From: Candidatus Fermentibacteraceae bacterium
GTDB lineage: Bacteria; Fermentibacterota; Fermentibacteria; Fermentibacterales; JCC-6
Length of the DNA: 64,000 nt
Assembly: GCA_041750285.1 (NCBI GenBank)
Contig: JBGSZS010000008.1
Location: 64,001 to 128,000, forward strand
Direction of reading: 5' to 3'
A program made the translations under genes and the position numbers. The notes under the pieces are model-generated. The model saw nothing but the letters and a program-made list of their open reading frames with translations. It was not told the DNA's origin and made no database searches. Shown here piece after piece: positions 35,695 to 46,140 of the stretch (its first letter is position 1; the number at the start of each line of letters is the position of its first letter).

Positions 35695-38600
35695 GTGAGT
35701 GAAAGCATCCTTACGATTGACGGCAATGAAGCTGCTGCCCATGTGGCCCATAAACTGAGCGAAGTCATTGCCATCTACCCCATCACCCCCTCCTCGAACA
35801 TGGGTGAGCACGCCGACGAATGGTCAGCGGCGGGAAGGAAGAACATCTGGGGAACCGTTCCCCTGGTGCAGGAGATGCAGAGCGAGGGCGGCGCGGCCGC
35901 TTCGGTTCACGGCGCCCTTCAGACAGGCGCCCTCACAACCACATTCACCGCAAGCCAGGGGCTCCTTCTGATGATCCCCACGATGCACAAGCTCGCGGGT
36001 GAACTGACCGCCACCGTCTTCCACGTCTCCGCGAGAAGCCTTGCGTGTCAGGCACTCTCGATCTTCGGCGACCACAGCGACGTGATGTCGGTCCGCAACA
36101 CCGGGTTCGCCCTTCTTTCCAGCGCGAGCGTCCAGGAGGTTCCCGACCTTGCCGCAATCGCGCATGCCGCAACCCTGAGCAGCAGGATACCGTTCATCCA
36201 CTTCTTCGACGGGTTCAGGACCAGCCACGAGGTCCAGAAGATAAGCATGCCCGGAGACGACGTTCTCCGCGGAATGATCGACGACGAGCTGGTCCTTGCG
36301 CACCGCCACCGGGGAATGAACCCCAACCGCCCTGTTCTCCGCGGCACCAGCCAGAACCCCGACGTCTACTTCCAGGGCCGCGAGACCGTGAACTCGTACC
36401 ATGCGGCAACCCCCGGCATCGTCCAGGAATACATGGACATCTACGCGGGCCTGACGGGCCGCCAGTACCACCTGTTCGACTACGTTGGCGCCCCCGATGC
36501 CGAAAGCATCGTTATCCTCATGGGCTCCGGCTGCGAGACCGCCCACGAGACGGTTGAATGCATGCTTGCCGAGGGCGAAAAGGTCGGTGTCCTGAAAGTC
36601 CGCCTCTATCGGCCTTTCGACGCCAGCGCCCTTCTCGCCGCCATTCCCCTGAGCGCGAAGGTCCTCACGGTGCTCGACCGCACAAAGGAGCCAGGCAGCG
36701 AGGGCGAACCGCTTTACAAAGACGTCGCCACGGCACTCAAGGAATCGGGCCGTTGCGGCGTGAAGGTCCTGGGAGGGCGTTACGGTCTTTCCAGCAAGGA
36801 GTTCACACCAGCCATGGTGAAGGCGGTGTTCGACAATGCCGCCGGGCCGAAAAAGCACGGGTTCACCGTGGGCATCACCGACGACCTGACCGACACCAGC
36901 ATCCCGGTGCCCGACTACTGCATGCCCTCGCAGGGAATGCACCAGGCCGTTTTCTTCGGTCTGGGCGCCGACGGGACCGTCGGGGCCAACAAGAACAGCA
37001 TCAAGATCATCGGCGAGACCACCGACTTCTTCGCCCAAGGCTACTTCGTCTACGACTCCAAGAAGGCCGGGGCAATAACCGTAAGCCACCTCAGGTTCGG
37101 CCCCAGGCCGATCCGTCAGACCTGCCTCATCGGCAGGGCCGACTTCGTGGCATGCCACCAGACCGTGTTCATGGAGAAGTACGACATCCTCCGCTACGCG
37201 GCAAAGGGCGCCACCTTCCTCCTGAACACACCGTACGGCAAAGACGAGGCATGGGACAGCCTTCCCCGCGAGGCACAGAAGGACATCATCGAAAAGGGGC
37301 TGAAGTTCTACGTCATCGACGGGTACAAGGTTGCGCAGGAAACGGGCATGGGCGTGATGATCAACACCATCATGCAGACCTGCTTCTTCGCCATCAGCGG
37401 CGTCATCCCCAGGGACGAGGCCATCGACAAGATCAAGAGCGCCATCAGGAAGACCTACGGCCGCAAGGGCGAGAAGATCGTGGAGAAGAACTACGCCGCG
37501 GTCGACCACAGCCTTGCCAACCTCTTCGAGGTGAAGTACCCCTCCAGGGTCACAAGCAGCTTCAACCGTCCTCCGTCGGTTCCAGCCCACGCGCCTGACT
37601 TCGTTCAGAGGGTGACCGCCGAGATCATCGCCCAGAGGGGTGACAACCTCCCTGTCAGCGCCATCCCCGCCGACGGCACATGGCCCACGGGAACCACCCA
37701 GTACGAAAAGAGGAACATCGCGCTCGCGATCCCGGTCTGGGACCCCGCGGTGTGCCTCCAGTGCGGTGTCTGCAGCCTCGTCTGCCCCCACGCCGCCATA
37801 CGCATCAAGCATTACGATGCGTCGTGCATGAAGGGCGCCCCGGCAACCTTCAAGAGCATCGACGGCAAGGGCAGGTTCCAGGGCAGCATGTACACCGTTC
37901 AGGTCGCCCCGGAAGACTGCACGGGCTGCGGCGCTTGCGTCGAGGCCTGCCCCGGCCGCAACAAGGCCGTCGAGGGCAGGAAAGCCATCAACATGGAGCC
38001 CCAGATCCCCCTTCGCGTACCCGAGGCCGAGAACTACTCGTTCTTCCTCGACATTCCCGACTACGACCGCTCGAAGATCGATGTCGCCTCGGTCAAGGGA
38101 AGCCAGCTTCTCAGGCCGCTGTTCGAGTACTCGGGCGCGTGCGCCGGCTGCGGAGAGACCCCCTACGTGAAGCTTCTCACCCAGCTCTTCGGTGACAGGG
38201 CGGTCATCGCCAACGCCACGGGCTGCAGCAGCATCTACGGCGGCAACCTTCCCACGACCCCCTACTGCAAGAATAACGACGGTCGCGGTCCTGCATGGAA
38301 CAACAGCCTCTTCGAGGACGCGGCTGAGTTCGGCTTCGGGTTCAGGCTCACCGCCGACAAACACACATCCTTCGCCGTCGAGCTTCTTAACGGGTTCAAG
38401 GATCAACTCGACCCATCCCTTGTAACAGGCCTTCTCGACTGCGCACAGGTCTCCGAAGAGGAGATCGAAGCTCAACGGAAGAGGGTAGATTCCCTCAGAA
38501 AGGCGCTGGGCGGGATCGACACACCCGAGGCCCGTCAGCTCGAGAGCCTTTCGGACTACTTCGTGAAGCGCAGCGTCTGGATCCTGGGTGGCGACGGCTG

Positions 38601-39228
38601 GGCCTACGACATCGGATACGGCGGCCTCGACCACGTTCTTGCCCAGGGCAGGAACGTCAACGCCCTGGTTCTCGACACCGGCGTCTACTCCAACACCGGC
38701 GGCCAGTGCTCCAAAGCCACACCAATGGGTGCGGTCGCCAAGTTCGCGGCCAGCGGCAAACCGATGCCCCGCAAAGACCTTGCCATGATCAGCATGACCT
38801 ACGGCAACATCTACGTGGCCCAGATAGCCATGGGCGCGAACTACGGCCAGGCCGTGAAGGCGTTCGTCGAGGCCGAAAGCTACGACGGCCCCTCCATAAT
38901 CATCGCCTACAGTCACTGCATAGCCCACGGCATCAACATGACGAAGGGCATGGACGAACAGAAGCTCGCGGTCAAGACCGGCCTCTGGCCTCTCTTCCGC
39001 TTCGACCCCAGGCTCATCGGGAAGGGGCAGTCACCGCTTCAGCTCGACTCGAAGAAGCCCGACACCCCATTCGCCGAGCTTGCAAAGAGCGAGGTCCGCT
39101 GGAAGGTCCTTCTCGACAAGGACCCGCAGCGGGGAGAGATGCTCGTGAAGCAGGCCCAGACCGAGATCAACCGCAGGTTCCACCTGTATGAACAGATGGC
39201 CGCGATGAACTGGAACGCCGGGGAGTAG
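35695..39228 (+). CDS. nifJ: Pyruvate:ferredoxin (flavodoxin) oxidoreductase
   Basis: IYPITPSS, MQSEGGA, two CxxCxxCxxxCP, FEYSGACAGCGETPY, GGDGWAYDIG. Confidence 0.97.
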   Translation: MSESILTIDGNEAAAHVAHKLSEVIAIYPITPSSNMGEHADEWSAAGRKNIWGTVPLVQEMQSEGGAAASVHGALQTGALTTTFTASQGLLLMIPTMHKLAGELTATVFHVSARSLACQALSIFGDHSDVMSVRNTGFALLSSASVQEVPDLAAIAHAATLSSRIPFIHFFDGFRTSHEVQKISMPGDDVLRGMIDDELVLAHRHRGMNPNRPVLRGTSQNPDVYFQGRETVNSYHAATPGIVQEYMDIYAGLTGRQYHLFDYVGAPDAESIVILMGSGCETAHETVECMLAEGEKVGVLKVRLYRPFDASALLAAIPLSAKVLTVLDRTKEPGSEGEPLYKDVATALKESGRCGVKVLGGRYGLSSKEFTPAMVKAVFDNAAGPKKHGFTVGITDDLTDTSIPVPDYCMPSQGMHQAVFFGLGADGTVGANKNSIKIIGETTDFFAQGYFVYDSKKAGAITVSHLRFGPRPIRQTCLIGRADFVACHQTVFMEKYDILRYAAKGATFLLNTPYGKDEAWDSLPREAQKDIIEKGLKFYVIDGYKVAQETGMGVMINTIMQTCFFAISGVIPRDEAIDKIKSAIRKTYGRKGEKIVEKNYAAVDHSLANLFEVKYPSRVTSSFNRPPSVPAHAPDFVQRVTAEIIAQRGDNLPVSAIPADGTWPTGTTQYEKRNIALAIPVWDPAVCLQCGVCSLVCPHAAIRIKHYDASCMKGAPATFKSIDGKGRFQGSMYTVQVAPEDCTGCGACVEACPGRNKAVEGRKAINMEPQIPLRVPEAENYSFFLDIPDYDRSKIDVASVKGSQLLRPLFEYSGACAGCGETPYVKLLTQLFGDRAVIANATGCSSIYGGNLPTTPYCKNNDGRGPAWNNSLFEDAAEFGFGFRLTADKHTSFAVELLNGFKDQLDPSLVTGLLDCAQVSEEEIEAQRKRVDSLRKALGGIDTPEARQLESLSDYFVKRSVWILGGDGWAYDIGYGGLDHVLAQGRNVNALVLDTGVYSNTGGQCSKATPMGAVAKFAASGKPMPRKDLAMISMTYGNIYVAQIAMGANYGQAVKAFVEAESYDGPSIIIAYSHCIAHGINMTKGMDEQKLAVKTGLWPLFRFDPRLIGKGQSPLQLDSKKPDTPFAELAKSEVRWKVLLDKDPQRGEMLVKQAQTEINRRFHLYEQMAAMNWNAGE

Positions 39229-39243
39229 TCCGGCATGTCACGT

Positions 39244-39271
39244 GGGGGGGCATCGGCCCCCCCTTTTTTTT
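39244..39271 (+). terminator. Intrinsic terminator of nifJ
   Basis: G7C-ATCG-GC7 followed by T8. Confidence 0.9.
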
Positions 39272-39473
39272 GGCCCTGTCTGAATGGATTGGTGCACAGG
39301 TTCAGGGCAGGTTCAGCACCCTCTCGGAAGCGATCCCCCTGCTACGGTCACAGGGCTTCGCATCCGGGATGCGTTTTTGCATTTCAAATGCAGATCTGCA
39401 CAACACGGGTTCACTGCGCGGCAATATCGGAAGTCTTCGCACGCGAGTTCTGAAGAAGGAAGGTCTTCTCCCC

Positions 39474-40562
39474 TCAGACCACCGCCTTGTCTGCCTCGTC
39501 CGAGAGCTCGCACCCGAATCTCTCAATGAGATGGGCGTCCAGACGGTCCGCCACGGCGCTCAGTTCAACTACCCTTTCACTGACGCTCTCCGCGTGTACC
39601 GAATTGATGTCCGAGAGGTGCGCCCGGTATGAGAGGTAGACTATTCCGTCGTGCACACCGAGCACGTAGGGCTGAACGGGATCGCTCAGAAGGTAGGTGT
39701 AGAGTGCGGTGAGGTTCTCGGTGGGAAGCTTGACAAGCGGACATGTGACGGTCAGGTAGTTGGTCCTGTAGACGAAGATCCTAATTAGAGCGCTGCCCCT
39801 GTGAAACTCCCAGAACTCGTACCCGTTCCTGGCGAGGACCGGGTCTAACCCCATCCTTTCGATAGCGTTCTCGGCAAAGACCGACAGGTCGCTCAGGGGA
39901 GTCCTTCCAAACAGCTTCTTCGCTTCAAGACCGACCCCGCAGTTCTCGCAGTATTCATCCTCCTGCTCGAGCAGAGCGCTGCAGGAGGGGCATCTCACCG
40001 AGTAAGCCGCGGGCTGCCTTTTCTCCAGAAGACCGAGTTCCCGGCCTATCATGTCGGCGGGAAGCGAGAAACCCATGTTCTCGGCTTCGTTAAGCTTGCA
40101 GGTGGTGATGCCGATGACCCTTCCGTCGGGAAGGACCATCGGCCCTCCGCTGTTTCCGGGATTGATGGCCGCGTCGGTCTGGATGTAGTACTGCCCGTTC
40201 ACGAGCTGCTTCACGCTGCTTACTATTCCCTCGGTCACGTTGAACGGGTAGCCGAAGGGGTAGCCCAGGACAAGCACCCTGTCCATCACCTTCAGCTCCT
40301 CAACGTTGGAGAAACTCAACTCGGGTGCTTCGATTGCCCGGGAGGGTCTGAGGAAGGCAAGGTCGTACTTGGGGGAAACCAGTACGACATCGGCTTTCAT
40401 GGCACGGTTGAATGAGTTCTCCACAGCCACCTCGCGCTCACCGTCGACGACATGGTGATTGGTGATGATCAGGTTGTGCTTCTTCGAGAAGAACCCGGAA
40501 CCGCTCCCCCTGGAGGTCTTGATCTTGAACACGAGCTGGAATACCTGATTAAGGTCTGTCAT
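39474..40562 (-). CDS. Trypsin-like serine protease + zinc ribbon + YbjN-like domain
   Basis: TNHHVV, DLAFL, GNSGGP triad; CPSC...CENC; C-terminal WEFHRGSALI; no signal peptide. Confidence 0.85.
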   Translation of the reverse strand: MTDLNQVFQLVFKIKTSRGSGSGFFSKKHNLIITNHHVVDGEREVAVENSFNRAMKADVVLVSPKYDLAFLRPSRAIEAPELSFSNVEELKVMDRVLVLGYPFGYPFNVTEGIVSSVKQLVNGQYYIQTDAAINPGNSGGPMVLPDGRVIGITTCKLNEAENMGFSLPADMIGRELGLLEKRQPAAYSVRCPSCSALLEQEDEYCENCGVGLEAKKLFGRTPLSDLSVFAENAIERMGLDPVLARNGYEFWEFHRGSALIRIFVYRTNYLTVTCPLVKLPTENLTALYTYLLSDPVQPYVLGVHDGIVYLSYRAHLSDINSVHAESVSERVVELSAVADRLDAHLIERFGCELSDEADKAVV

Positions 40563-40565
40563 TGT

Positions 40566-41681
40566 TCACTCCGATGGCTGCTGGAGTTGCATAACACTCG
40601 TAACTGCCTTGTAAAGCTCCTGTGCGGCTGTCTGCCAGTCCCTGCCGGACGCCGCACGCAGGCCGGTGTTCAGCATCTCCTCCAGTGTCCGGGGGATGCG
40701 GAACCTGTTGTAGACGCTGTAGATGTCGTAGAGCAGAAAGATCGCCGCGCTCATGAAGGCTGATGAGGATATGTCCTTCTCCGCGTTCATCCAGTAGTTC
40801 TCAAGCTCGGTCTTGATCCCGGGAAGGAAGGCGTGCTTCCTCACGGCAATGATGCTTTCGGTTTTATAGATCGATTCGGCGAACTTCCCGAGCGTAATCG
40901 TGCAAAGCTTCTCGAAGAAGGTACACTGGCAGTCGAGCCTCTCCGCTGCCGGGTTCTTCCCGTACGAGGCTCCGATGGCGTTCCCGATCTCGTAGCTCAG
41001 GTGGCCTTTGGGGGAGAAGATGTAGTTGATCTTCATCAGAGAGATCAGCCCCGACTCCACACCCATGTCATACCACCTGTTGTCCCTGAAGTAACGCAGG
41101 TACTCAAGCCCTTCATTCACATGCCTGAGGAACCCCGCATGGAACCCCTGCAGTTCCACTTCGGAGTACTTCTCCACCCTGGGCGTGCAGATCCTTTGGG
41201 CCTGGAACTTCTCGATGAAGACATCGTCGTAATGGTCGGCATTCATGCAGATCTCCCAGAAGATGTCGTAAAGCCTGTACGGCTCGCACAGCTCGAGGGG
41301 AAACTCTGCCTTGAAGAAGAGCTTCCCGTCCTCGAGAACTATCCGGCTCAGGAAAAGGACGGAGAAGTTTATCTCGGTGATCTGCCTGAGAAGGGCGTTG
41401 ACCCTCTTTTCAGGGATGCTCAGGAATGGTGCGTTGATCCTCACCGTGGAATCGATGGAGATGTTTATGATGGTCGATCCGTGGGGAATGGAAAACTCGG
41501 TGCGTTCGGCGTTGCCGCACATGCTCACGACTGCGGGATCGAGGTAGTGAAGGAAGTTGATGATCGTATCCCTGTAGTTCCGGTCCCTGAATGAATCCAG
41601 AACGGTCTGCCACCTGTTAGTGAAATCCGTCAACCCAACAAGACCCTCTATCGGCTCATCAAAAAGATGCGATGTTTTCAT
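40566..41681 (-). CDS. Hypothetical protein with YbjN-like N-terminal and helical C-terminal region
   Basis: IPHGSTII..APFL...LLRQITEINF...ADHYDDVF; 3 nt from the protease gene. Confidence 0.65.
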   Translation of the reverse strand: MKTSHLFDEPIEGLVGLTDFTNRWQTVLDSFRDRNYRDTIINFLHYLDPAVVSMCGNAERTEFSIPHGSTIINISIDSTVRINAPFLSIPEKRVNALLRQITEINFSVLFLSRIVLEDGKLFFKAEFPLELCEPYRLYDIFWEICMNADHYDDVFIEKFQAQRICTPRVEKYSEVELQGFHAGFLRHVNEGLEYLRYFRDNRWYDMGVESGLISLMKINYIFSPKGHLSYEIGNAIGASYGKNPAAERLDCQCTFFEKLCTITLGKFAESIYKTESIIAVRKHAFLPGIKTELENYWMNAEKDISSSAFMSAAIFLLYDIYSVYNRFRIPRTLEEMLNTGLRAASGRDWQTAAQELYKAVTSVMQLQQPSE

Positions 41682-41750
41682 GATGCCTCCTTATTGAATA
41701 CCACCGGAAACGGTGTGGTTTGCTGCCCATCTGCATTCGCCCCGGAAAGA

Positions 41751-42815
41751 TCACGGGTTCTGCCGCAGCGACCAGACCTCTCCGACTCCCTCTTCCACTC
41801 GTGCCGCGAAAAAGCCGGATTCACAGTCTCCGGCAACAAGGATGAATCCCTCGCCCGAATCGATTGCCGCTGGGACGAATGCAGTCTCAAACCTGTGATG
41901 CCAGGTAACCGTTCCAGTCATGCCGGTGGTGCATACCCACGGAGTGTCTTCGCCTCCCGCAGCAATGAATCCGCCATCCACCCGCTCCAGAAGCCCGGCG
42001 CCGGAAAGGGGGTCGAGCGAGAACCACCCGGATTCAATGGAACCCCGGTCAGACATAATGACGACGAGTTCGTCGAGGGATTCAGGGACAGGTGTGTCGG
42101 ACCAGAGCGAAACGATGCCCTCGTCCGAAGCGCCGGCCGTCATTGGTGCGCAACCGCCAAGGTTCTCGATCACCCCGGTGCTGACGTATTCACACGGATC
42201 CCCGTTGGAATCCAGGGTAACCGTCACCCAGTCACCGGACGCGGCGACGGTCGCGGCCGCCACGAAGCATCCGTCATCACCGGCCCTGCAAAAAGCCGTG
42301 TAGAATGGGTGAGCCGTGGGCAGGGCAAAGGTTTTCCATACCTGCCCACCCTCCCTGTTCACACGGACAACCCACAGTCCCCGGTCGGTGGCTGACCAGG
42401 AGTCCCACATCATGAGCACCCCTCCGTCACCCGTATTCAGAAGCCCCTGGGGAGTATCGTAGCACATCCCGTCTTCGCACAGCTCCCATTCAACAGAGCC
42501 ATCTGGGCCGTACGCCCGAAGGGATACGGCGGTGTATCCCTCTCCGGTGGATGTCGCCGTAAAGCATCCGCCGTCCTCCCTGTGAAGAAGGCGGCAGTGC
42601 GCTGCATCGGACCTGACGGTTCCAAGGGTGTCGGCGAGCACTGCCACACCATCCACGATAAGGAAAAGACACGTCGTTGATATCTCTTCAAGTTCCGTGA
42701 CGTTCTGAACCGAAAGCCAGGCTCCGCTGCCCGAAGCCGGGCAGATGTCGAGGACACGCCCCATCGCCGCTCCCGCGGCAAGCATGAGTAATGCAGGGTA
42801 TAGCGATCTGTTCAA
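41751..42815 (-). CDS. Hypothetical secreted beta-rich protein
   Basis: Signal peptide; recurring G...W motifs. Confidence 0.6.
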   Translation of the reverse strand: MNRSLYPALLMLAAGAAMGRVLDICPASGSGAWLSVQNVTELEEISTTCLFLIVDGVAVLADTLGTVRSDAAHCRLLHREDGGCFTATSTGEGYTAVSLRAYGPDGSVEWELCEDGMCYDTPQGLLNTGDGGVLMMWDSWSATDRGLWVVRVNREGGQVWKTFALPTAHPFYTAFCRAGDDGCFVAAATVAASGDWVTVTLDSNGDPCEYVSTGVIENLGGCAPMTAGASDEGIVSLWSDTPVPESLDELVVIMSDRGSIESGWFSLDPLSGAGLLERVDGGFIAAGGEDTPWVCTTGMTGTVTWHHRFETAFVPAAIDSGEGFILVAGDCESGFFAARVEEGVGEVWSLRQNP

Positions 42816-42948
42816 GTTACGGCCTCCACCGGCTATATTACAGCCTTCCCGCTGTGTTGCATCAAATGCCTGGTCTGCCCGGAACCCCCTATCATCGGTT
42901 GTCCGACCGGGGAAAGAAAGAGACGGCTGAATTGAAACGCATGTCGCG

Positions 42949-45621
42949 ATGAACTACGGCAACCGGTTCCCTTGGGTCCTCCTTCTGCCCTCTCTGGCCT
43001 TCGCCTCGACAGGCGCCGGGGAAGCGACGATCCCCCACAGGATGATGATGCTCGTACTTCAGCTGGGTGTCATCCTTTTTGCAGCAAGGATCGGTGGGAT
43101 CCTTTTTGAGAAAATGCGTTTGCCCGGCGTTCTGGGGGAACTGTCACTGGGAATAGTGATCGGCCCTCACCTTCTTGGAGCAATCGCACTTCCCGGGCTT
43201 CCACAGGGTCTCTTCCCACCGGCTTCCCTGGGTCTGCCCGTCTCTCCCGAGCTGTATGGGATATGCTCACTGGCTGCGGTGCTGCTGCTTTTTTCAGTGG
43301 GGCTTGAGACCGATCTCGGGCTGTTCGTTCGATACTCGGTTGTTGGAAGTCTGGTGGGCCTTGGCGGGGTGGTGGTTTCCTTCCTGGCAGGCGACCTTCT
43401 GGCAGTGGCATGCTCTTCATGGCTGTTCGGTGAGCCCATGGGCTTTCTGTCCGGCCCATGCCTCTTCATGGGGATAATCATGACCGCCACGTCCGTGGGA
43501 ATAACCGCCAGGATCCTTTCGGAACAGCGCAAGACCGAGTCCCCCGAGGGTGTCACCATCCTGGCGGGAGCGGTCGTCGACGATGTGCTGGGAATAATCC
43601 TGCTTGCCGTGGGGATGGGTGTGATCACGGCTTCGAGGGCTTCCGGCAGCATTGACTGGGCGCACATCGGAGTCATTGCCGGCAAGGCTGTGGGCATATG
43701 GCTGGTGGCCACTGTGCTGGGGATCATCGCCGCAAGGCGCATTGGCGCGGTCCTGAAGTCCATGGGAAATCCGTCGGTGATTGCCGTTCTGGCCCTGGGT
43801 CTTGCACTGATCCTTGCCGGGCTCTTTGAAGAGGCAGGGCTCGCGATGATCATCGGAGCCTACGTGATGGGGCTCTCACTCTCCAGAACCGATGTGAGCC
43901 ATCTCGTCCGGGAGCGACTGGCCCCGACACATGCCCTTCTGGTCCCGGTCTTCTTCGTGGTGATGGGAATGTTCGTGGACCTGCGGGCTTTCACTTCACC
44001 CACGGTGATCCTGTTCGGCCTTCTCTACACTGCGGCAGCGATAGGCGCAAAGCTACTGGGATGCGGCGTTCCGGCTCTGCTGTGCAGGTTCAACCCGCTC
44101 GGTGCCCTACGTATCGGCACCGGAATGCTTCCCCGGGGTGAAGTTACCCTGATCATTGCCGGAACCGGCGTGGCCATGGGTGTGCTCACGGGTCAGCTCT
44201 TCGGTGTTGTGGTCTTCACAACCCTTCTTTCATCGCTGATCGCCCCCCCGGTCTTGATCAGGCTTTTTCGCATTTCCCGTTCGGGCCTGAAGAATCCGGT
44301 TGCCGGGGAATCCGAAACTCCTCTTGCTTTCGCCTTCCCGTCGGCTCGGACCACCGAACTCGTTCTTGGACGGCTTCTTGAAGTCTTTCACTCCGAGGGC
44401 TTCTTCGTGCACGAGCTGAGCAGATCAGAGCAGATCTTCCAGATCAGGAAGGACAGATCGGTCATAGGGTTCAGACGAAGCGGCCGGCATCTCACGTTCG
44501 AGGTTGGCAAAGACGACATCCCGCTTGTGAACACCGCCATGATGGAGGTCGTAGCGGAACTGGAAGGGATAGCCCGGGAACTTGCGAAGCCCATGGACCT
44601 GTCCGGCATCGGGCGAAAGGTTCAGGATGAGGCGGGTTCAGCCCCGGGAAGGAGGGAGCTTGCCCGTCACCTTTCCGTTTCGCTCCTCTTCCCTTCTCTG
44701 AAGGCCGACACCAAGGACGGAATTCTCGACGAACTGATGGAAAGGGTTCGAACCGACCGGAGGGTTCTCGACGTCGAAGCCGCCCGAAAGGCGGTTCTGG
44801 AGCGTGAAAGCAGCCTGTCCACCGGGATGCAGCACGGCATTGCACTTCCCCACGCGAGAACGGATGCGGTTTCGGCCCTTGTATGTGCCGTGGGCATGAA
44901 GCATGAGGGAGTGGCCTTCGATTCGATAGACGGTATCCCCTCGAGAATATTCGTGCTCACGCTCTCCCCGAAAAGCGCATCCGCCCCTCAGATCAGTTTC
45001 ATGAGCTCGATGAGCCAGGTTCTGGACGCGGAAGGACGCCAGGCGCTACTCGCGGCTGAATCACCCGGCGAGATGTTCCTCGCTCTGACGGGAATCGACA
45101 GCTCTCAGGTCCGCCACGGCATTCTTTCCAGACGGTCCGGCATGCTGCGGGTTTCTTCAGCGGACAGCCCGGCTCCGGAATCCCTTCTTCTCCCCGAACT
45201 CATCGAACCATCGCTGAAAGGCGTTTCAGCCGGGGAAGTCATCGACGAGCTGCTGAACATGTACGTGAAAGCCGGGATCCTGAGTGATGTGACTGAGGTC
45301 AGAAGCGCCATCATCGAGCGTGAGAAGCAGATGCCAACGGGACTCGAACACGGGATCGCCATGCCCCACGGGCGAACCGGTCAGATCGCCAGGGTTCAGT
45401 GCGCACTGGGAGTATCCAGGCATGGGGTCGACTTCGGGGCGTTCGACGGCGGGCTCTCGCACATCATCGTTCTGATCATCTCACCGTTCGACTCCCCCTC
45501 AGCCCATATCCGCACCATGGCGACACTGGGACGTGCCCTTGGTGAACGAACCCGTGAAAGAATCATCAATGCAGGAGCAGCTCCGGAGATCATCGCCGCC
45601 ATGGCGGCCGGAAATGGCTGA
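42949..45621 (+). CDS. Cation:proton antiporter (CPA2) fused to two PTS EIIA(Ntr/Fru)-like domains
   Basis: LPGVLGEL, ATSVGIT, GAVVDDVLG, GMLPRGEV; STGMQHGIALPHAR and PTGLEHGIAMPHGR. Confidence 0.9.
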   Translation: MNYGNRFPWVLLLPSLAFASTGAGEATIPHRMMMLVLQLGVILFAARIGGILFEKMRLPGVLGELSLGIVIGPHLLGAIALPGLPQGLFPPASLGLPVSPELYGICSLAAVLLLFSVGLETDLGLFVRYSVVGSLVGLGGVVVSFLAGDLLAVACSSWLFGEPMGFLSGPCLFMGIIMTATSVGITARILSEQRKTESPEGVTILAGAVVDDVLGIILLAVGMGVITASRASGSIDWAHIGVIAGKAVGIWLVATVLGIIAARRIGAVLKSMGNPSVIAVLALGLALILAGLFEEAGLAMIIGAYVMGLSLSRTDVSHLVRERLAPTHALLVPVFFVVMGMFVDLRAFTSPTVILFGLLYTAAAIGAKLLGCGVPALLCRFNPLGALRIGTGMLPRGEVTLIIAGTGVAMGVLTGQLFGVVVFTTLLSSLIAPPVLIRLFRISRSGLKNPVAGESETPLAFAFPSARTTELVLGRLLEVFHSEGFFVHELSRSEQIFQIRKDRSVIGFRRSGRHLTFEVGKDDIPLVNTAMMEVVAELEGIARELAKPMDLSGIGRKVQDEAGSAPGRRELARHLSVSLLFPSLKADTKDGILDELMERVRTDRRVLDVEAARKAVLERESSLSTGMQHGIALPHARTDAVSALVCAVGMKHEGVAFDSIDGIPSRIFVLTLSPKSASAPQISFMSSMSQVLDAEGRQALLAAESPGEMFLALTGIDSSQVRHGILSRRSGMLRVSSADSPAPESLLLPELIEPSLKGVSAGEVIDELLNMYVKAGILSDVTEVRSAIIEREKQMPTGLEHGIAMPHGRTGQIARVQCALGVSRHGVDFGAFDGGLSHIIVLIISPFDSPSAHIRTMATLGRALGERTRERIINAGAAPEIIAAMAAGNG

Positions 45622-45686
45622 GAAGCGGGTAACCGACAGGAGACGCGCTTCTGTCGAAAACATACACGGGCGGAAAGGAAGCGTTC

Positions 45687-46109
45687 ATGCGCTTGATCCT
45701 GATGGCGATTGTTCTTGTCCTTCTGGTTTCGTGCAGTGTTGGTGAGGGGAACATTTCTGATGCCGGGACGGCAGCCACCTGGAACAATCGTCCCGATACA
45801 GCCTTTGCAGGGGTTGCGGAGCTGACCGATCTGCACGGAAAAACAGAGTCAGAGGTCGTGGTTGTCATGGGACAGCCGGACTTCCGGCAGGATATAACAC
45901 TCCATGCGGGGGAGACCCTCTCCGAGTTCATGATCGAGGTCCACAACACCTACCCTCCCGATGACCCATCGATCGAGGGCACCATCATTCGTCATCTGCA
46001 GTGGGAACGGAACGGCTACAGCGAGGCTGTCTTTCTTCACCAGTCATCTTCCGCTGGCGAATGGGTTGTTCTGGAATCCATGAAATGGTCAAACGATGTT
46101 GAGTTCTAG
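45687..46109 (+). CDS. Hypothetical lipoprotein
   Basis: Lipobox LVSC; GKTESEV..MGQP (BamE/SmpA-like pattern). Confidence 0.65.
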   Translation: MRLILMAIVLVLLVSCSVGEGNISDAGTAATWNNRPDTAFAGVAELTDLHGKTESEVVVVMGQPDFRQDITLHAGETLSEFMIEVHNTYPPDDPSIEGTIIRHLQWERNGYSEAVFLHQSSSAGEWVVLESMKWSNDVEF

Positions 46110-46140
46110 CGTCACCGGAGTTTTCAGCCGGAGGTGAGAA

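Noticed and set aside
35824..38928. 1034-aa antisense ORF over nifJ (and similar long antisense ORFs over asnS, the aminotransferase, dehydratase and cyclase genes)
   Set aside because: Shadow of GC-rich codon bias on the sense gene; no recognisable motifs
39302..39430. Minus-strand fragment SAFEMQKRIPDAK resembling an alpha/beta-hydrolase C-terminus (pseudogene)
   Set aside because: Too short and degenerate to support without a search
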